This document shows positions 59,316 through 64,000 of a stretch of 64,000 nt of DNA, piece after piece. The position numbers were made by a program, and so were the translations under genes. Positions within the stretch are counted from its first letter, which is position 1. Each line of letters begins with the position of its first letter. The stretch is taken from assembly GCA_013374855.1 (NCBI GenBank), contig CP055308.1, forward strand, positions 532,071 to 596,070. Direction: 5' to 3'. Source of the DNA: Candidatus Woesebacteria bacterium. GTDB taxonomy: Bacteria > Patescibacteriota > Microgenomatia > UBA8517. A model generated the notes under the pieces. The model was not told the origin of the DNA. It did no database searches and worked only from the letters and a program-made list of their open reading frames with translations.

Positions 59316-61025
59316 CTAAAGAGGCAAGTTTATCCAATTTAAACAAAAGTCTTCATGTTTTAATTTTTCTATTTCGTAAAGTCTGACTGTGTGGAATCTT
59401 CTGTAGGTTTCTTTACTGTATTCTTTGCAGATTTGACTGTTGTATATTTTGAAGATGGTTCCAGAATCCTTTTGGTCTGTTATATTGAAAGATTGTTTTT
59501 CTTTAATTTCGCACCCTGTATCCTGATTAATAGCCAATATTTGATCAGTGTTAATTTTTGTGGGGCAGATGTTGGTTATTTCTATATTGCCAAGATTGTA
59601 TTTAACAAGCCCTTCGGTGTATGGCAGTTCTTGTTTTTCTAAGATTTGTTTCTGAGTATTATTTTCAGACATTGTTACAAACCTAAGATAAGTTGATCTT
59701 GGGCGGTTGGTTACAACAGTAACTTTTTGAGTATCTTCTGCGTAGGAAAGATATTTGAAAAGAACACGCTCTCCCAGCCAATAGTTTTCTTGGTTTGTAA
59801 TTGGAAATCTTGCAAAGTAAAAATTGAGGAAATTGGCAAAGATTATAGCGTAGATGATAATTATCAGATAGTTTATTACCTTTTTATTAAGACTTATTAT
59901 TTCGTTTATTCCAACTGAGATGATTATTAAAAATAAGGGCAAAATTAAAAATGATCTGTTGATAACAGATGTTTCGACACGGCTTATTGCAGTTGGAAAG
60001 GGGGCAACAAGAATAAGTGAGGCAAGAAGGAAAAACTTTGCTTTATCCTTTTTATAGATAGCAACAAGACCAAGAATCAGAAAGATAATATCTATTATGT
60101 AAAACAATCCGTGGTCACCGAAACGGTATGTTGTCCTTTTGTCACCGCTTATTGTCAGGGTTTCAGGAGAAAATGCATCTAAATAATTTTTAATAAAAAT
60201 TTTGACTGTTTCTGTTGCTTTGTTGACAAAAAGATTATTTAATGGAAATTGAATTTCCTGCCTTCTTTTATTGTCTACTATTTGACTTATATATTGATTA
60301 TCAAAAATAAGATCAGTTTTTCTTGAATTCAAAATTGACCCTTCTGTGTTTGTACTTATTAACCAAAATATTGCCACTATTGCAAGCGATGAAAATATAA
60401 TAGCCAACTGGTATTTTTTGGTTTGTTTGTTTTGGTATAGATTATATATGACAAGAATTAAAACAATGGGTAGAAATATAAATTTTGCGGCGTGATACGA
60501 AAAAAAACCAAGTACTAGAAACAAAGATGAGAGGGTTGTATTTTTCTTATTTGACTTGCTTAGTAGTAAGTAAATTCCAAGCATATAAAAGAGAAAAGCA
60601 AAAGGTGCTTCAACAGCTGTTCTTGAATAGTAAAAGTTCCAAGGGTTAATTAAGAAAAGAAATGAACTGATTAGTGCTATTCTTTTTGAAAATAATTTTT
60701 TGGTAATCAGGTAAAGAGGAATCAACGTTACCAGGTTTATTATAACAAAAACTATTCTTATATTTGCTTGATTTAGTGGAATTACACTAAAGATTGGAGA
60801 AAGCAAAAGAGGTGGTATTGCGCTTATTATTCCGTCAGTTTGAGTCTTAAATAAAGATAGGGGAAATGAATATCCGGAAACATCTTTGCCAACCAGTGCA
60901 TAAGTTTTTGCGCTTATTGCATATTCAATCTCATCGTTTGAGAGACCTACAGGAAACTTATCAACAAAGACAAACCTTGTTGTCAAAAGAAAAATTAAAG
61001 CTAGAATTATGATTGGTTTGCGCAC
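59316..61025 (-). CDS. GT-C glycosyltransferase (ArnT/PMT_2-like)
   Basis: NDEIEY..GKD and NPW...SR..E motifs; distant paralog of 25564 and 27213. Confidence 0.8.
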   Translation of the reverse strand: MRKPIIILALIFLLTTRFVFVDKFPVGLSNDEIEYAISAKTYALVGKDVSGYSFPLSLFKTQTDGIISAIPPLLLSPIFSVIPLNQANIRIVFVIINLVTLIPLYLITKKLFSKRIALISSFLFLINPWNFYYSRTAVEAPFAFLFYMLGIYLLLSKSNKKNTTLSSLFLVLGFFSYHAAKFIFLPIVLILVIYNLYQNKQTKKYQLAIIFSSLAIVAIFWLISTNTEGSILNSRKTDLIFDNQYISQIVDNKRRQEIQFPLNNLFVNKATETVKIFIKNYLDAFSPETLTISGDKRTTYRFGDHGLFYIIDIIFLILGLVAIYKKDKAKFFLLASLILVAPFPTAISRVETSVINRSFLILPLFLIIISVGINEIISLNKKVINYLIIIIYAIIFANFLNFYFARFPITNQENYWLGERVLFKYLSYAEDTQKVTVVTNRPRSTYLRFVTMSENNTQKQILEKQELPYTEGLVKYNLGNIEITNICPTKINTDQILAINQDTGCEIKEKQSFNITDQKDSGTIFKIYNSQICKEYSKETYRRFHTVRLYEIEKLKHEDFCLNWINLPL

Positions 61026-61075
61026 ACTAGTTTATTTTATCATTTGTTATGAGATAATATTGATAAGTTTTAAAT

Positions 61076-62164
61076 ATGCGTATAGGAATAGATATTTCAC
61101 AGATTGTTTATAGAACTGGTGTTTCTACATACACTGAAAATTTAGTTAAGTCTTTGTTTGAGATAGACAAAGAAAATCAATATGTTTTGTTTGGAGGCTC
61201 TTTAAGGAGAAGGGAAGGTCTTTTGACTTTTGCCAGAGAACTTGATTATAAATATAAGGCTCGTGTTCAAAGCCGTCTTTTTCGTTTCCCACCGACTCTG
61301 CTTGATCTTTTATGGAATAGGCTTCATATAATTCCTGTTGAGAGATTTATTGGTAGAGTTAATGTATTTCATTCTTCTGATTGGGTACAGCCTCCAAGTT
61401 ATTCTTTTCGTGTTACGACAATTCATGATCTTTCCCCTTTAAGGTTTCCCAAACTTACTCACCCCAAAATAGTTGAGGTTACTCAAAGAAGATTAAAGTG
61501 GGTAAAAAAGGAAGTTGATAGGGTTATAGTTCCAAGCCATGCGACTTATGAGGATTTGCTTATTCTTGGTTTTAAGAAGTCAAAAATAAGAATTATTCCG
61601 GAAGCAGCTGATGATTATTTTAAGCCAGCTTCTCTGAAAGATCAGGCAATTGTGAAGAAGAAATACAAGCTGGATGATTTTATTTTAGCAGTAGGTACAA
61701 ATAAAAGGAAGAATTTAGATAGAATTATTTCGGCTTTTGACTTGGCAAGGGCTGGTAAAGGTTTTAAGTTGGTTGTTGTGGGCGAGAAAACAGAAGGCTT
61801 GGAAGAAAGGAGAGGAATTGTTTACACAGGACATATCTCAAAGGAAGATTTGAGGAGGCTTTACAGTGCTGCGCTTTGTTTGGTTTACCCCTCTTTGTAT
61901 GAAGGATTTGGCTTGCCAATCTTGGAGGCTTTTGCTTGTAATTGTCCTGTGGTTACTTCAAACTTATCAAGTTTGCCTGAAGTGGCAGGGAAAGCTGCTA
62001 TTATGGTTGATCCTTTTAGTGTTAATTCAATAGCGGAGGGGATTAGTAAAGCTATAAAAAGAAGAAAAGGTTTAATCAGAGCGGGCAAGAAGAGGCTTTC
62101 TTATTTTTCTTGGGAAAGGACGGCTTTATTAACGCTTAGTGTCTATCGGGAGAGTTTATTATGA
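61076..62164 (+). CDS. GT4 glycosyltransferase (MtfB-like)
   Basis: TGVSTY, TIHD, RKN and YEGFGLPILEA motifs. Confidence 0.9.
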   Translation: MRIGIDISQIVYRTGVSTYTENLVKSLFEIDKENQYVLFGGSLRRREGLLTFARELDYKYKARVQSRLFRFPPTLLDLLWNRLHIIPVERFIGRVNVFHSSDWVQPPSYSFRVTTIHDLSPLRFPKLTHPKIVEVTQRRLKWVKKEVDRVIVPSHATYEDLLILGFKKSKIRIIPEAADDYFKPASLKDQAIVKKKYKLDDFILAVGTNKRKNLDRIISAFDLARAGKGFKLVVVGEKTEGLEERRGIVYTGHISKEDLRRLYSAALCLVYPSLYEGFGLPILEAFACNCPVVTSNLSSLPEVAGKAAIMVDPFSVNSIAEGISKAIKRRKGLIRAGKKRLSYFSWERTALLTLSVYRESLL

Positions 62165-63318
62165 AAAGAGTGAGAGTAATAGGGATTGATGGAAATGAAG
62201 CAAATGTTAAAAGTAGGGTGGGAGTTAATGTTTATGCCTTTAATTTGCTTTGGAATATATATAAACTACAGGATAAAGTTTCTACAAACTATAGGTTTAT
62301 AGTTTATCTTTCGTCTCTACCCCTTGATGATATGCCCACAGAGAAACCTGGCTTTTGGGAATACAAAATCCTTGAGGGTGGTGGTCTTTGGATACTAAAG
62401 AAACTCACTCCTTATTTGTTGTTTAACAAGGACGAACTTGATCTTTTCTTTACTCCTAGTCATTATACACCCCCGTTGTCAAGAGTGCCGGTGGTTTGTT
62501 CAATTATGGATTTAGGATATTTGGAATTTTCGGAACAATTTGAAAAAAAAGTGTTTTGGCAGTTGAAGTATTGGAGTGCTACCTCCATTTTTGTATCAAA
62601 AGGTATCATTGCTATATCAGAAGAGACAGCTCGTGATATTTTACGACATTACCCTTTTGCTTCTGGAAAAATTGAAGTTACTTATCCTGGTTATGATAAA
62701 GAGAAGTTTTATTTTCCATACCCGCAAAATCTTGTGCGACAAGTGAAAAGAAAGTATAAAATTGGTAAAAACTATATCCTCTATCTTGGGACATTAAAAC
62801 CAAGTAAGAATATTGAGGGAATAATTGATGCCTTTAACATAGTAAAAAATGAATCTACTGATTTTCAACTTGTGATAGCTGGCAAGAAAGGTTGGCTTTT
62901 TGATGGGATTTTCCAAAAAGTGAAAAGTTTGGGGCTTGAAAAACAGGTTGTTTTTACTGATTTTGTGAGTGAGGAAGACAAACCTGCTTTAATGGCTGGG
63001 GCTTCTGTTTTTGTTTCTCCGTCTTTTTGGGAGGGATTTGGTTTAATTGCGATTGAGTCAATGGCTGTAGGAACACCGGTTGTAGTCTCAGATAGAGGAA
63101 GCTTCCCTGAAGTTGTGAACGGGGCTGGAATTTTGGTTGATCCTGAAGATTATTGTGATATTGCAAATGGAATTAAAAAAGTAATCACAATGGAAATTAA
63201 AGAGTATAATAGGTTGGTGAAGGAGGGATTAAAAAGGGCTAGTCTTTTTTCTTGGGAAAAAACAGCTTGGAAAACACTTTTGTTTTTTGAGAAGATTATA
63301 GAATATAAAAAAAGATGA
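62161..63318 (+). CDS. GT4 glycosyltransferase (MtfB-like)
   Basis: VGVNVY, LGTLKPSKN and EGFGL..IESMA motifs. Confidence 0.9.
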   Translation: MKRVRVIGIDGNEANVKSRVGVNVYAFNLLWNIYKLQDKVSTNYRFIVYLSSLPLDDMPTEKPGFWEYKILEGGGLWILKKLTPYLLFNKDELDLFFTPSHYTPPLSRVPVVCSIMDLGYLEFSEQFEKKVFWQLKYWSATSIFVSKGIIAISEETARDILRHYPFASGKIEVTYPGYDKEKFYFPYPQNLVRQVKRKYKIGKNYILYLGTLKPSKNIEGIIDAFNIVKNESTDFQLVIAGKKGWLFDGIFQKVKSLGLEKQVVFTDFVSEEDKPALMAGASVFVSPSFWEGFGLIAIESMAVGTPVVVSDRGSFPEVVNGAGILVDPEDYCDIANGIKKVITMEIKEYNRLVKEGLKRASLFSWEKTAWKTLLFFEKIIEYKKR

Positions 63319-63920
63319 GAAGTTTTTTTAAAGACAAGCACGGAAAGCAATTAAGCTGGGAGGAAGCTTTAAAGAAAATAAAAAATCGTTTCTTTAATTA
63401 TCTCCTTGATTTTGAACTTATGCTTCTTCGCTGGGTGGGGCATATTCCAAGTCATATAGTGCGTAAGTTTTTTTACAGACTAAGTGGTGTGAAAATTGGT
63501 AAGGGATCGACTATTCACATGTGGGCAAGTTTTTTTGATCCGAGAAATATTGTAATTGGGGAAGATACAATAATTGGGGATCATGCATTTTTAGATGGTA
63601 GGGAAAAGATAGAAATAGGAAATCACACCGATATTGCATCTTCTGTTATGATTTACAACAGTGAACACGATTTGTCAGATGAAGAATTTAAAGCAATAAA
63701 TGCGCCAGTTAGGATAGGTGATTATTGTTTTATTGGCCCGCGAGCGATAATTTTGCCTGGGGTAAACATAGGAAAGGGAGCAGTTGTGGCTGCGGGCGCA
63801 GTTGTGACAAAGGATGTGGCTGATTTTCAGATAGTTGGAGGAGTGCCTGCAAAACCCATAGGGGAGAGGAAAAATAGAAATCCCAATTATAAGCTTGGTC
63901 GAGCTAGACTTTTTCAATAA
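63315..63920 (+). CDS. Hexapeptide-repeat (LbH) O-acyltransferase
   Basis: IGED..IGD hexapeptides, ILPGVNIG.GAVVAAGAVVTKDV and GVPAK motifs. Confidence 0.9.
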   Translation: MRSFFKDKHGKQLSWEEALKKIKNRFFNYLLDFELMLLRWVGHIPSHIVRKFFYRLSGVKIGKGSTIHMWASFFDPRNIVIGEDTIIGDHAFLDGREKIEIGNHTDIASSVMIYNSEHDLSDEEFKAINAPVRIGDYCFIGPRAIILPGVNIGKGAVVAAGAVVTKDVADFQIVGGVPAKPIGERKNRNPNYKLGRARLFQ

Positions 63921-64000
63921 TGGTTTTTAAAATGACAAGGCTTGTGTTTTTTTCTTTTTCTTTTCTATTCTTTTTTTATTTAGTTTGGCCTTTTGAGCCA
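63920..64000 (+). CDS. Start of the next membrane protein (cut by the window edge)
   Basis: TAATG overlap with the upstream stop; hydrophobic open frame to the end of the window. Confidence 0.45.
   Translation, partial: MVFKMTRLVFFSFSFLFFFYLVWPFEP

Noticed and set aside
1064-63917. Numerous 60-140 aa antisense or alternate-frame ORFs in the track
   Set aside because: They overlap well-supported genes, have no motifs and are explained by compositional skew.
1-64000. tRNA, rRNA, riboswitch, integron or prophage
   Set aside because: No cloverleaf, rRNA-like GC-rich segment, integrase, attC-like structure or phage gene was seen by eye; covariance-model searches were not run.

Overview
AT-rich bacterial window (TGA used as stop) almost entirely filled by one very large cell-surface glycosylation locus. 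It holds about 20 GT-C-fold membrane glycosyltransferase domains (ArnT/PMT_2-, PTPS-related/YfhO-, PIG-V-, GT87/MptA-like), about 12 GT2 domains, 7 GT4 enzymes, two Wzx-type flippases, gmd, an SDR, a FkbM methyltransferase and a hexapeptide acyltransferase. The gene content and style suggest Patescibacteria/CPR (Microgenomates-like); this is inference. Interspersed are two AbiE-type toxin-antitoxin pairs, an orphan XRE antitoxin, small unknown genes and a HUH/Y1 REP-associated tyrosine transposase (RAYT). The most notable signal is a 27-bp (9-codon) palindromic REP-like element, ACCTTTAAGGGAGCCTCCTTTAAAGGT, present in 5 copies. Two copies flank the RAYT and one lies in-frame inside the RAYT itself. 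One lies in-frame inside a GT-C gene 22 kb away, and one sits at the break of a truncated toxin gene. One flanking copy supplies the stop codons of two convergent genes. Other observations: a poly-T frameshift in a PIG-V-like gene, recurrent leaderless -10 promoters, heptamer/octamer repeat tracts and a pair of unknown paralogous small proteins. Family assignments are from motif recognition only; no searches were run.
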